Below are positions 43,237 through 56,551 of a stretch of 64,000 bases of DNA, piece by piece. This stretch comes from Octopus vulgaris (taxonomy: Eukaryota), in NCBI GenBank assembly GCA_951406725.2, contig OX597815.1, positions 94,674,001 through 94,738,000 of the forward strand. The letters are read 5' to 3'. The position numbers and the translations under genes are program-made. Under the pieces are notes generated by a model, which saw only the letters and a program-made list of their open reading frames with translations, ran no database searches and had not been told where the DNA came from. Every line of letters starts with the position of its first letter. Positions within the stretch are counted from its first letter, which is position 1.

Positions 43237-44676
43237 ATGCAGAAGAACGATATTTTCCCCATTGAACAAAAAGGGTGCCGCCGAGGCTCTTACGGATGCA
43301 AAGATCAACTGCTAATTAATCGTATGATCCTTGAGAACTGTCACAACAAGCGCAGAAATCTCAGCTCCGCATGGATTGACTATAAAAAGGCCTTCGACAG
43401 TATACCGCATCCATGGATCTTGAGATCGCTGGACGTCTTCAAAATTTCCCCTGTGTTTTCAAACTTCCTGAAGCACAATATGTCGTTGTGGAATACGAAT
43501 CTCCAATTATACCACTCTAATGGAGTACTTGCCTCAGAAAATATAAACATCGACTGTGGAATTTTTCAAGGTGACTCACTTTCACCTTTAATATTCTGCA
43601 TAGCCCTAATACCCCTTACAAGTGAATTAAACAGAACAGGGTATGGGTATAAAATTGCCAATAAAAAAATAAGCCATCTATTTTATATGGATGACTTAAA
43701 ACTCTATAGTAAAGACAATAATGAACTTGAAGGCCTATTGCGCACTGTGAAAGCATTCAGCGATGACATCGGGATGGAGTTTGGACTTGAGAAGTGTGCC
43801 AAGGCCACTTTCCAGAAAGGGAAAGTGAAGACCACAAATTCAGTCGTGTTAGATGTTGACACAGTCATAAGAGAGCTTGAGCAAGAACAAACATACAAAT
43901 ATTTAGGGATAAATGAAGGCTCTGGTATTCAGCATGCAAGCATGAAAGAGAAGATCAGGAAGGAATGTTATAGGAGAGTTCGTGCAGTCCTGAAATCTGA
44001 ACTAAATGCACGTAACAAGGTGTTAGCTATAAATTCCTTAGCAGTTCCAGTTGTTACTTATAGCTACTATGTGCTGAACTGGAATATGAGTAAAGTAAAG
44101 AATATAGAGATGAAAATACGCAAGCTGCTGAGTTGTAATAGGATGCACCACCCAAAGGCAGACGTAGATCGCCTTTACCTTCCCAGAGCCCAAGGAGGTC
44201 GAGGCCTGATCCAGTTTGAACTAGCTTACAAAACAACCACAATTGGACTGGCCAAATATCTCGAAATAACGAATGACTGGATGCTAAAGCTCGTGGAAAA
44301 TCACGAGAGACGAAAGAAGCTTCATTCTATCAGAATGGAAAGCAAAAAATGTGCTATTGATCTCGTGCAGGATACCCAAACTGAACAACCCGAGGGAAGT
44401 ACAGCAACTATTGTTGCAAAGAAGGTAAAAATAATGGCAACGAAAAAAGCGCACGAGCAATTGGCTGATAGGTGGGAAGAGAAACCTCTGCACGGCAAAT
44501 ATGTGGCCCGCAGCAAACAAGCTGATGTGGACCACCTAATCTCTGGATGTAAAGTCTTAGCACCAGTGGAGTATAAATTAAGACATGACAGAGTTGGCCA
44601 ATATCTACACTGGCTAATAAGTCGGCATTACAATATCAAAACATTACAATATCAAAACTTCAGTTACAATATGTAA
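43237..44676 (+). pseudogene. Dong/R4 reverse transcriptase ORF (truncated; zinc knuckle deleted)
   Basis: EQKGCRRGSYGCKDQL, WIDYKKAFDS, GIFQGDSLSP, HLFYMDDLK, YKYLG, HPKADVDRLYLPR..GGRGL, RHD. Confidence 0.95.
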
Positions 44677-44692
44677 CTGAAGGAGAAAATGC

Positions 44693-45080
44693 TGTAACTG
44701 AAGGAGAAAATGTAACCATTCTGTGGGACTTTCCAGTACATACAGACCGAACCATCAAGGCCAATAAACCAGATATTGTTGTGAAAGACCAAAACAATAA
44801 AGTTTGCTTATTGATCGACATGAGCATCCCCTGTGATCATAATATCTCAGCGAAAGAGTTTGACAAGCTCAGAAAATATAAAGACCTACTCATTGAAATT
44901 GAGAAAATGTGGCATCTCAAGGCGGTTACAATACCAGTGATCGTAGGAGCACTAGGAATGATCAAGAAGGGAACCGAAAATTATATGAGAATGATCCCTG
45001 GCTTACCATCCCTGCAAGAAGTGCAAAAGATTGTCTTAACTGGTACATCACACGTATTGAGAAGAGCATTGTCGATGTGA
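44693..45080 (+). pseudogene. Dong/R4 restriction-like (PD-D/ExK) endonuclease domain
   Basis: ILWDFPVHTDRTIKANKPDIVVKD...LIDMSIPCDHNISAKEFDKLRKYKDL...IPVIVGALG...VQKIVLTGTSHVLRRAL. Confidence 0.93.
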
Positions 45081-45246
45081 GAACTGTTGCTGCTCATGTA
45101 TTTTAATTTAACTTAAAAAAAAAAAAATGAACGAACTATTGAGTTTGGTTTAATGGCCTACCAATGTATACTATGAGTTTCTTTGCCCTAGGAGTCGGGA
45201 AGACACTCGGCAAGAAATGGAAGCAAATTTGAAAGAAGAAAAAAAG

Positions 45247-45311
45247 TAATAACAATAATAATAATAATAATAATAATAATTATTATTATTATTATTATTA
45301 TAATTATAATG
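45247..45311. repeat. (TAA)n/(TTA)n microsatellite
   Basis: Direct tandem repeat that switches orientation midway. Confidence 0.95.
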
Positions 45312-45556
45312 ATAATAAGTGGCGACATGATAAGCTAGCGAAAATACTACATTGGAAACTGTGCGAAAAGGGGTTAGAGAGAGGCAGGACGCAGTATGAG
45401 CATAAACCGTAGAGTGGTGGAGTCGGAGACTAGCGAGATCCTCTAGGATTTTCACAATCCAAATCGATCAGGTGCTAGAGCTTACTAGACTGTACCTAGT
45501 GGTGGTCGACAAGATGCACCACATGTGTTATATATTTGATGTTGCGTGCCCCTATT
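45312..45556 (+). mobile_element. Second, older R4/Dong fragment (RHD to REL region)
   Basis: KWRHDKLAKILHWKLCEKG...YEHKP..VVESE..IL*DF.IQ.D....LVVVDKMHHMCYIFDVACP. Confidence 0.82.
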
Positions 45557-45855
45557 AGACAGTTGAAGGAACGGATAACATAGTACGGTAGGCTGCAGGC
45601 AGCAAGCCCGCTACGCAAGCGTGACTCCAGGTGTTGCAACAAAACCTGTGATTAAAAGAATTCATTATAATTATAATGCCCTGATGCAGTACCAGATAAT
45701 GCATAGAGCTGTGTCTCTTAAGAAAGTTGATTGTGGCACATATGTAACAATTTGAAGTGCTGAGGGTTATGGTGCGCTCATACTCAACATTAGTTCTCAT
45801 GCAAATCCTACAATTACAAGTGCTAATACTCAGAGAAGCTAGTATGTTGTTATAA

Positions 45856-46065
45856 GGCGGCGAGCTGGCAGAGACGTTACCACGCCAGGAAAAATGTTTA
45901 GCGGTATTTCTTATGACTTTACATTTTGAATTCAAATGGGCCCGAGGCGACTTTGCCTTTCATCTATTTGGGGTCGATAAAATAAGTACTAGTTAAACAC
46001 TGGGCTCAGTGTTATCAACTTATCCCCTCCCTTAAAGTGCTAGCTTGTGCCAAAATTTGAAGCTA
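45856..46065 (+). mobile_element. SINE family A
   Basis: ggcggcgagctggcagagacgtt head; gactttgcctttcatc...ggggtcgataaaataagtac core. Confidence 0.9.
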
Positions 46066-46589
46066 ATATGTTATGTGCTGAGTAAGCTTTATGGGGTGCT
46101 GGGATCTAAGAATGGTGGTGTAGCACGGCTAGAATATACACCCTATAATAATCGTTGTAGATTTCAATTTCTCGAGCGCAGGTTGGTGCATATTCAGAAT
46201 ATCTGCTCTGTCGGCCTTTCGACTAGATAAAATCTCGATGCTATTACTAATTTTAGTTAATTGGTATGAATCAGTATTTCGGCTGAGTAGTTTGTATCTA
46301 TTTGAGGTTGCAAATAATACATGCTAAGTTAAGAGTGGTAGAATACAAAACCTTAACCGTAATTTTCCTGAAAAGCCTAAGTTGGGTGGAAATATTTCTT
46401 GTGAATATTTTGAAACAAGTTTTAACGATAGGTTACGTCATCAAGCTACATGAAATTTTCCCTCACCTATTCCGTTTACTGTTAATTCGAATGTTATCTA
46501 CTGAGGAACTAGTTTATCCAGACGATCCAAGTTTGGTCGTGTGTTCAGGTTCTATATAGCAATGGTATAAATCTAGAAATAATAACACC

Positions 46590-46717
46590 ATACATACATG
46601 CATGCATGCATACATACACACATGCATGCATACATACACACATGCATGCATACATACATACATGCATGCATGCAATCATTCATACATACATACATACATA
46701 CATACATACATACATAC

Positions 46718-46748
<31 letters not shown>

Positions 46749-46760
46749 CATACATACATA
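46590..46760. repeat. (CATG/CATA)n microsatellite
   Basis: Direct tandem repeat. Confidence 0.95.
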
Positions 46761-47217
46761 CGTCTCTGCACAGTTCCCGAAGACCAAATTTCATTTGCAA
46801 ATCATTCGTGGACCGGAGGCTAGTAAAATTTGCCTCGGGGTGATTGCGTATCTGCTTGAATTTACATTTGTTTACAACATATTTGTAAACTAAATTGGTT
46901 TTGTTGCTTTGAGAGTTATTTTGTTTACGTCAGTATCTAGAATGTGTACTACGTTTATCATTATCAACAAGCTCACGTTTTATAAACATAGCAACTCTTT
47001 GTTTGCGTTTCTTGATTTCCCAATTGCATAGTTCATTTATTTCTTTCATATTGCCTAAACATTAACATATTAGTATTTTTTAATTTAAATATTCATATTT
47101 TATGAGCTTTTCCCCACTCCGGCATCTAAAAACATCATGTTTCCTGTCTTCTACTTTTATATTATACAATTTCATTTTTTGTTATGAGCCTTATTATCAA
47201 TTTTCTTAATATTTGCA

Positions 47218-47481
47218 ATACATACATACATACATACATACAAACATACATACATACATACATACATACATACGTACGTACATACAAACATACGTACATA
47301 CGTACGTACGTACATACATACATACATACATACATACATACATACATACATACATACATACATTCATACATACATAGATACATACAAACATACATACATA
47401 CATATATACAAACATACATACATACATACATACATACATACATACATACATACATACATACATACATACATACATACATAC
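47218..47481. repeat. (CATA)n microsatellite with CGTA/CAAA variants
   Basis: Direct tandem repeat. Confidence 0.96.
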
Positions 47482-47835
47482 ACTAACTAGTCGTCCAGTT
47501 AGAGTAGGAAATGTATTTTTTAATACATCTGGGTTGTGCCATCCAGGCAGCCTCCATTTATTTACAATCTATGTATATTTGAATTTAGATATGGAAGCTA
47601 ACAATTTATCGTTGACGATATATTTGCTCATGTGCTTAATTTAGCCTCGGGCTCAAAAGATTGGGTAGATCTATGAAATATATTCAAGCCATAACCAACC
47701 TGTCCTTCATTTTCAGGAATAGTATATCGAAGACTATATCATCCAATATGTCTACTGTCGTAAGATAATAGTGTCATTCATGATGCATGCAGCTGCTGTA
47801 TTTAGTAGTTTGTGTCGATGTGTATTATTTATAAA

Positions 47836-48064
47836 GGCAGCGAGCTGGCAGAAACGTTAGCACGCCGGGCGAAATGCGTAGCCGTATTTCGTCTGCCGTT
47901 ACATTCTGAGTTCAAATTCCACCGAGGTCGACTTTGCCTTTCATCCTTTCGGGGTCGATTAAATAAGTACCAGTTACGCACTGGGGGCGATATAATCGAT
48001 TTAATCCGTTTGTCTGTCCTTGTTTGTCTTCTCTGCATTTAGCCCCTTGTGGGTAGTAAAGAAA
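47836..48064 (+). mobile_element. SINE family A, near-consensus full-length copy
   Basis: ggcagcgagctggcagaaacgttagcacgccgggcgaaatgcg...gagttcaaattcc..gaggtcgactttgcctttcatcctttcggggtcgattaaataagtaccag...agccccttgtgggtagtaaagaaat. Confidence 0.93.
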
Positions 48065-48604
48065 TTAATAATTATTATATTATTTATTGTTGCTTATTCA
48101 TAGGACAATCTTGATCTAAGCATATGTTAAAATATATTACAGTTCTGGCAACTGCATCTGTTCTCTCGCTCAGTGTATTAAGCCCACATTAATCAATATA
48201 GTTCCATTTTTAAAGGGCTGTGTTTTGAGAAAGCGACAGATGAAGAGAAAGAGAGAGAGAGAGAAAGAGAAAAAGAGAGAGAGAGAAAGAAAGATAAATC
48301 TAACTGGTTGTTATATCTAGTGAGTTTAGGTATCATATAGAAGCAGTGTAGGTAAGGCATCTGTATCGAGTACTATATTGTAAATTGACTGTTGCGATCA
48401 TTCCATAGGTATAGTGAAAATACACGCACACAGACACATACATATGTATGCATATAGACACATATACATATAGATGAACGGATACATATATGTGTTTGTA
48501 TATGCTTGTGTGTACATATACATGTATATACATATATGTACATATATGTACATATTTATGCATATGTATATGTCTATTATATACATACATACATACATAC
48601 ATGC

Positions 48605-48671
<67 letters not shown>

Positions 48672-50646
48672 AGTGTGTGTATGTGTGTTTGTATACACGC
48701 ATAATTACATTTATAAAATGATTGTATGTAGTAGGTAAATGACAAGAGAAAATTATTAGTGATGATATGGCATATTATTTTGTCGTGACAACTTACAGTA
48801 GCATATATTTATAGTTACAAAATAAAACTTCTTTGAGTTGTTGTTGAACATAGATTTTTTTGCAGTTTTATTATTCGTTTTGTAGGCAGTTAAGCTCATC
48901 GTTCGTTGACTACTAGATGAACGGAAGGAAAAAGGGAAGATAAAAGCTAAATTGAAATGTAAATTGAACAACGTTCTGAACTGGGAGCGAAAAAGTTGAA
49001 GTGTATAGGTGGGTGAGAAGGAAACCAGAAGAAACATGGATATCAGCGGAAACTGAGGTGACGTTTACAGAATAGCAGGTGCCTATTCGAGAGTGGGTTG
49101 AAATAATCTGCAATGTCGCTCCTGTGTATAGTTTGCATCTAGGCTTCGTGGTTATCGGCATTGCGCGTATTGGCTTCCTGCGTATCGGTTTCCTGGTAGT
49201 GTTAACTGAACGTACGATTGCGTATACATGTGCAGGAAAAAAACGGTGTGGCTGCAAATTTTCATTAAAAAATCAGGCGAGAGAGTGCATTCTCAATCTA
49301 TGATATAATAGGAAAATTTCTGATAGCCCCTTGCATTCTGTAGTAAGTGCCTTAAAAGAAGTATAGGGGCCTAATTTATCTAGTGTTGCGGTCATGTGGA
49401 ACTGCTGTGGGCAAGCAGGAATGACAAAGTGTAAGATTCTTGCTGGTGTACTGAACCAGGTAAACCTTACATATACCTTGACAAAACTGGGGCCGTATAG
49501 AGAGGAAAGTGTGGGGTGCCTGGACATAATCCGAAAAGACATTTGACGTGCACTTAGAGGGAAGAGAAAGCAGAATATAGGCTCAGACATGGGAAACAAC
49601 TCAATGAAGTCACAAATATTAAGGCGCAGGTGTGTAGCTGCGTGTAGTGGTGCGTGCATATATATGTATGAACGTTGATTATTTTTCCTAGAAAGTAAAA
49701 CATAGAATAGTGCTGCAAAGATTAAATAACCTGCGAAAACTGCAAACATTTACGCGAAGACATGTTGCAAAAACCATGCAATGTGAACAGTTTATGATAC
49801 GTGTGAATGAGAGATAATCTATACAAAAGGCAAAAGAGAAAAGGACATCATAAAAATATGCATGAACGCGAATTACTCGTTTTCGCAGAATGAACACCGC
49901 ATTAAAGTTGAACTTAATTCTGCTGCGTGGTTACGAACGTGCTGTAATGTAAACAAATAAACTTTTTTAGGATAGAAATTATGATTAAGAAAACGAAATG
50001 AAAAGTAAGCAAAAGAAGGAAATAAGAAATGACAAACTTGAATACAGGGTGTGTTCATTGCTGGTAATCTGAAAGAAAAAAAAGTACATGCTAAGAAAAA
50101 TGCTTTTGAAATTCTATAAGAGTCTATAAGGGCAAAACTCCGTGTAGAGTTGTAGAAGAATACGGGGTGTGAATTTCAGGACGCGATATGAAGAGTGTGT
50201 GGCTGTCGAAAATGCTGTCGCTTTCGGGCTCCCACAGTTTGAGCGATGTAGTTCTGAGTGGAAAGTAGTTAGTTACCTGTATGTTCTTTGCTCTTTTGCT
50301 CTTTTACTTGTTTCAGTCATTTGACTGTGGCCATGCTGCACTGTATGTGCAGTTTCGATGCAATTCGCGTGATTGTAATACTCTGCAGCGATGCAATCTG
50401 GTCATAGTTGAATGGCCGAATCATTTAAAAAGAAAATAAATATCAGAAGTATCATTCGTTGTTACATAACATATTTCCTTATGATGATCAAAACAGATTT
50501 AACACATGCTTAACACATGCTGCTCATTAACCGGTAAATGTTACTAAGAGGATGATGAGTCAAAGAGGAATCTTGTACCTGCTGGGAATAGCAGTAAACC
50601 TCGCTCTCTATCAAGTTCAACAAACTGTTCTAAATAGACAGGATAA

Positions 50647-51718
50647 AAGGGTGTTCGGGCTAAACCTGACGATTTTTTGTATTCTTCAAGAACAACTAAT
50701 GAACAGAAAACAGACTTTGAGAGCATAGAGTTTAATAAAGTCGTAGTTGAGAGAACGTTAATTGACATGGAGGCCTGGAAGCCATCTTAATATTGCAAAG
50801 GAATTATCTGTATCATGATGATTCGTGCCGGGTATCAAATTGCCGATGCAGTGACTGCTGGTCAATGCTTTTTGAACACTGTAAAGGCTGTAAGGTGTGA
50901 CACAGACAACTGCAACGGAGACTATGAAACGTTGGCAAGCAGTGAGGAACACAACAGGAATTCTGACTGCATACACTCGCCGGAATTCATCACTACATCT
51001 TTGAGTAGGGTCAATTCAGACGGCTACGTCGAGTTACTGAAGACTATGGTCATCCCTTGGATGAAGAAGGTTGCTACTGAAAGGCCATATGTACAGCAGC
51101 AGGATGTGGCTCATTTCCATACCTCCGGAAAGAGATAGAAGTAGCTTTCGGAATATTTCTACAACCCACAGTCCTAATTTCTGGCCTCCTAAATTCCTCG
51201 ATTTTAATCCCATGGCAGAATCGTCAGTGCGCTGGACGAAATGCTTAGTTCAAATTGCGTTCTGAGTTCAAATTGCGCCGAGATCGCCTTCACCTTTAAT
51301 CCTTTCAGGGTCGATAAGTTAAGTACCAGTTGAGTACTGGGTTCGATATAATCGACTATTCCCCACCCCCAAATTTCAAGCCTTGTGCCTATAATAGAAA
51401 GCCTTGTGCATATAATACTATGTGTGTGTGGCACGATTAAGAACGATGCTACTCGCTCTGCCTGCAACACTAACTCGGAGCTGGTGGCCAAGATCAAGTT
51501 GGTGTTCGAAGATCTTCTCAGGGACAGAGTGAGGAACGCATGTGCCAGGTTCTGGAGCTGTTTTGAGGCTGTGATGGAATCAGAAGGTGGATACTTTAAG
51601 TAATCTATTATCCCCTAGCCATAGACTAGTTGATATTTTAAAATGACTTTTATATTTGTATGGGATGTTGTTTTCTTTTCCTCTTATGCAAACTGTCAAA
51701 TTTAGCCCGAACACCCTG
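50647..51718 (+). mobile_element. Tc1/mariner DNA transposon (maT/DD37D-like), internally deleted, interrupted by a SINE
   Basis: TIRs agggtgttcgggctaaacctgac and gtcaaatttagcccgaacaccctg|TA; transposase motifs VNSDGYVELLKTMVIPW, RPYVQQQD, FWPPKFLDFNP, ACARFWSCFEAVMESEGGYF. Confidence 0.88.
51213..51417 (+). mobile_element. SINE family A inserted in the Tc1/mariner transposase
   Basis: tggcagaatcgtcag head, gagttcaaatt, cctttcagggtcgataagttaagtaccag core, duplicated gccttgtgc.tataata tail. Confidence 0.87.
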
Positions 51719-52194
51719 TAATACATAACGATTTATACATATTTTTTTTACAAAAATATCAATTCTGGTTATTCTAAAAGAATGGTCTGCGGCAGAATTT
51801 GAACTAAGAACATAGGTAAATAAACTACATATAACCAGACACTGAGACTGGCATCAAAACATCACTTTTCCAACAAATAATTACCTGAAAAATGATCGGC
51901 AGATCTATTAGACACCGAATATAAAATTTTATTGTGTTCTTAAATAATTAGAATTCTGTGTATTTTGAGAACACTGTCTAGTGAAAATTGAAGAAAAATA
52001 ATGATACTCAGGTGAATTAATACAAAATTTTGTGAGACGCTTCCATTTCCTAATTATATTACCATTATTAGAGAAATAAATATTTTCAGCTGTTTTGCAA
52101 CAAGGTCAGACATTCTAGGTCATTAAAGAAGACAAATAGCAACAATGACGGTACAGACATCAATAGCGCTACTGTTGTTGTCACTAATGCCTCC

Positions 52195-52390
52195 CCACTA
52201 TCACCCCCATACAACAACCATCATCATCACCATTACCACCAGCACCACCACTAGCAGCACTACCACCAATACTACCACTACCAACATCACTACCATCATC
52301 GTCAGCATCATCGCCACCACCATCACTAATACCACCAGGAAGATTACCACCACCACCACCACCACCACCACCACCACCAACAACAACAAC
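52195..52390. repeat. Degenerate (CAC/CAT/CAA)n trinucleotide repeat
   Basis: Low-complexity tandem repeat. Confidence 0.9.
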
Positions 52391-53119
52391 AGAGATGTAG
52401 TTTTCTGTGGTCACTACAGTTGCCAGTCCTCTCTCAAATCACACTTTGCTGTTTTGTAAGAGTGTTACTTAGAATATTGTAGTTCTATGTAGTCCTAATG
52501 TAACTGGATCGCTACGGATGGCATGCCTTTGATCACAGGGCTGTTTCCTCATGGCTGATCTAGAGCTTAACAACAATAGCAATAACAAAAAACCCAAATG
52601 TCCGCTTGACCTGCAAAATAAGCAAGCTAATTCTCGTTAAATCACAGTATGCCATCTTAAAGGAGGAAAAGGCATTGAATAATGTAGTCCTATGTACAAT
52701 GAATAATATACACAATCACTAATAAAAAACTACATTGCTTAAAGCTGGAATGAATCTGCTCATATGGAAAGCTTGATCAGGGCTCCAAGGGGACAAGAAG
52801 AACAAGAACAATAACAAATATCTCAATGATCTGCCGGCAGGTATCGCAGAAGGAACAGTTTTCACTATAAAGTATTTCACTGGCAGATAGTCCACTTTAA
52901 TGACGTTGTTTTGTAGAACATCATATAAACCTGTTTCTACCTTTCCCCATAGATGGATTGAAAGGAATTTTGTAGATCACAATAGAAACCTATAGTAAAT
53001 AATCTAGCAGAGAATCCAAACTTCAGAGGGTAAATAATTTAAACATAATTTTATTCAACAAATTGCTCTTTCTCCTCGTAATATCGAGTAGCATCAACGC
53101 TTTAGCAATACCAAGAATA

Positions 53120-53475
53120 TATTCTTTTCCTTATTGCCCACAGAGGGCTAAACATAGAGGGGACAAACAAGGAAAGACAAAGGGATTAAGTCGATTACAT
53201 CGACACCAGTGCGAAACTGGTACTTATTTAATCGACCCCGAAAGTATGAAAGGCAAAGTATTCTTTTCTTTTCCAGTCACAAGGCCCGAAAATTTGGGAG
53301 GAGGGGGCCTAATCGATTAGATCGATCCAGTACGCAACTGGTACTTGATTTATCGACCCCGAAAGGATGAAAGGCAAAGACGATCTCGGCGGAATTTGAA
53401 CTCAGAACGTAAAGACAGACGAAACACAGCTAAGCATTTCGCCCGGCGTGCTAACGTTTCTGCCAGCTCGCCGCC
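53120..53475 (-). mobile_element. SINE family A dimer
   Basis: Two core units; head ttctgccagctcgccgcc at 53458-53475. Confidence 0.9.
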
Positions 53476-53614
53476 TTAATACCAAGAATGCATTATGGTT
53501 GGTACAGAAAACACTTTGCAGTTGTTTAGCTCTAAATCAGCCTTCATAGAGCAGACATGTTGATAGCATCGAGCATTGAACATTCCGCATTTTAGTATAT
53601 ATATTTATAACTGC

Positions 53615-53616
<2 letters not shown>

Positions 53617-53708
<92 letters not shown>

Positions 53709-53710
53709 CA

Positions 53711-53742
<32 letters not shown>
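53617..53742. repeat. (TA)n/(TACA)n microsatellite
   Basis: Direct tandem repeat. Confidence 0.96.
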
Positions 53743-53744
53743 CA

Positions 53745-54095
53745 CGCCAGCTGTGGCTGTGTGTAAGAAGCTTGCTTCTCAGCCACATGGTTACCGGTTC
53801 AATCCACTGCGTGGTACCTTGAGCAAGTGCCTCGGGCTAACCAAAATCTTGGTCGAAGAAAACCGAAAGAAACCCGTCGTATACACACACACATACACAC
53901 ACATGCACACGCACACACACACATGTATATATATGTATGTATATATATGAGTGGCTTTGTGCCTGTGTTTGTTTCCGCACCACCGCTTGACAACCGGTGT
54001 TGGTGTTTTTGCCTACCCGCAACTTAGCGACTACACTTCAAGGAAGTGCTGCAGCATGGCCGCAGTCATATGACTGAAACATGTAAAGGAATAAA
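53745..54095 (+). mobile_element. tRNA-derived SINE family B with internal (CA)/(TA) repeat
   Basis: gtggctgtgtgtaagaagcttgct (A-box region), ccggttcaatcc (B-box), caccttgagcaagtg-like motif, 3' gcagcatggccgcagtcatatgactgaaac. Confidence 0.8.
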
Positions 54096-55606
54096 AGAAT
54101 ATGTTGAGGCCACTGTATGTTTAGCACTGCATCATTCTGGCATCCTGCTTCAAATTAGCTCCAAAGACTACGCAGAGAGACTATTTTACTAAGATAATTA
54201 TTGAGTAGGCTACTAATTGTATTTAGATTTGATGTTTTGAACAATTTATTTTTCTCTTATTTTCTTACTTACTTTGTATTAACTTATCCCATCAATTAAG
54301 TCCAGTTTACGTGCGAATACACTCACACCACGTATGTTTACAATTAATTTCTTTAGTAAATTATTTTGCCAATTTGATGTTTTATAATGGAAGTAAAACA
54401 TATCAAGAAAAAGACGGTAGGATTGAATTTTCTTTGTCATATCTGAATGTTGTTTTACTATTCGACACCTTATATATCTTAATTGGCTAATCCGCTCTTC
54501 AAATAACAACAATAGCGACAACAAATGAAAAATTTCTTTCAGCAAGTTCAACTTACTTTTGTTTATAGATATCAATCTATGGTAATTACACACAATCAAG
54601 TGAATTTTCGTTTCTATAATCATTCTTTCCTCCGGGAATTACTGATAATCAAGCTAAAATTCTAATATATTTCTATCTGTAAATCTGTCTACGTCTGCAT
54701 GCATATACCCATGTAGCATAATGTATGTAGATGTGTATGTATGTATGTATGTATGTATGTATGTATGTATGTATGTATGTATGTATGTATGTATGTATGT
54801 ATGGATGGATGTATGTAATACTCACATACATACACACAAATGACTATCTTATCTGTGGTGTTTTTATTGATGATCTTGGATCCGTGCCAAACATATTTCC
54901 GACTTTTAGATAAGATATGCAAATATCCTATCGCAGAAGTACTTCATCCCACCCTTCCCAACAAAAATGAAAAAAAAAAATCCCTGCAGCAATAACAACT
55001 TACAAAAAGAAAACATATATGAGCAAATCAAATAATTCCTTTAGCGATCCTAACTCAATTCCATTAAAAAAAAAAACGGTTAGGAGCAATAAAACTTACT
55101 ATTTTTGTTTGTTTATCAGAAAATTGAAGGAAACGATTTTTATATCTCGTTTCTTCTCCACTTTTTTTTTAATAATAGCCAACAACTTTTATATAAATTG
55201 AATCGCTTTTTCTTTGTTGCTGTTAATTTTTCAGATATAGCTCTTCAGTTTTGATAACCTAGAAATTGCAAACCTTTATCATAAGTTACTTCCATCAAAT
55301 AATACGTTATTATATAGTAAAATATCCCGTTATCATACAAAGAAACAATGAAATGGTATTTTTAATTCATTTATTTTGTATCGTACTGATTTTTTTTTAT
55401 TAATGGCGTCATTGATTGTAGGTTTCCAACATGCCGCACACTGATTCTCTGGATTTACGTTGACCAAAGTTACAAAGGATTATCTGTGCAACAAATATTG
55501 AATACGACTTCGTTGGAAAGCAGCAATGTATGAGCTTTCTCGCCGCCGTTTGTTTCTGTCGCTGATATCCAACACCGAACAACACAACACAGAAACTCAC
55601 CCACGT

Positions 55607-55900
55607 CTATGTATGTATGCATGTATGTATGTATGTATGTATGTATGTATGTATGTATGTATGTATGTATGTATGTATGTATGTATGTATGTATGTATGT
55701 GTGTGTGTGTGTGTATGTATGTACGTACGTACGTACGTATGCATGTATGTATGTATGTATGTATGTATGTATGTATGTATGTACGTACTACGTACGTATG
55801 TATGTATGCATGTATGTACGTACGTATGTATGTATGTATGTATGTATGTATGTATGTATGTATGTATGTATGTATGTATGTATGTACGCATGTATGTATA
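55607..55900. repeat. (TATG)n compound microsatellite
   Basis: Direct tandem repeat. Confidence 0.96.
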
Positions 55901-56136
55901 TGGCGGGATAGGGATCTAGCGCAATTATCGCGCATTAAACTCCACTAATAAAGAAGTGGTTAAGCAGACACAATGATGGGATATAGCTACCTAAGCTGCT
56001 GCGCAATGGATTCGACCTGGAAAACATGAGGTTGTAATACCGATATTTAACTCTGCACAGTACCGTTTCAGTGAATTCTAGATATCTTGTTTGCAAGTTT
56101 ATTTACTGAGCAGTCATACAGACATGCATATAATTT

Positions 56137-56281
<145 letters not shown>

Positions 56282-56500
56282 AACCGTTCCATATCGATAT
56301 AAAAGGGAATGAAAAAAAGCAAATCCAACAACGTTAAGTTGCAACATCATTATATTCTTGCAATTACAATAGAATAGTATTAAACTCACTTCGCTAAGGA
56401 GACATTTTTACCTAAACAAACATTTACCAATCGCTATTTTGATCTACATCAATGGAGTTCGTTATGCCAAGATCGTGCAGCGAATTCTGACAAAAAAAAC

Positions 56501-56551
56501 GTAGTAGTAGTAGGAGTAGTAGTAGTAGTAGTAGTTATAATAATAATATTG

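Larger units (their letters stand above)
43222..45246 (+). mobile_element. R4/Dong-clade non-LTR retrotransposon, 5'-truncated, relatively young
   Basis: RT and REL endonuclease ORFs plus a short 3'UTR; flanked on both sides by (TAA)n, the known Dong target. Confidence 0.95.

Noticed and set aside
49273-49749. 158-aa minus-strand ORF in non-simple sequence
   Set aside because: Non-ATG start, no recognisable domain or splice signals; possibly a decayed repeat.
52145-52459. Thr-rich mucin-like ORF with a hydrophobic start
   Set aside because: Explained by degenerate (CAC)n repeats that are open in several frames on both strands; no supporting gene structure.
55422-55527. Possible phase-2 exon (FPTCRTLILWIYVDQSYKGLSVQQILNTTSLESSN) continuing the 41.5-kb exon
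   Set aside because: Weak polypyrimidine tract and donor and no recognisable homology; cannot be supported without RNA data.
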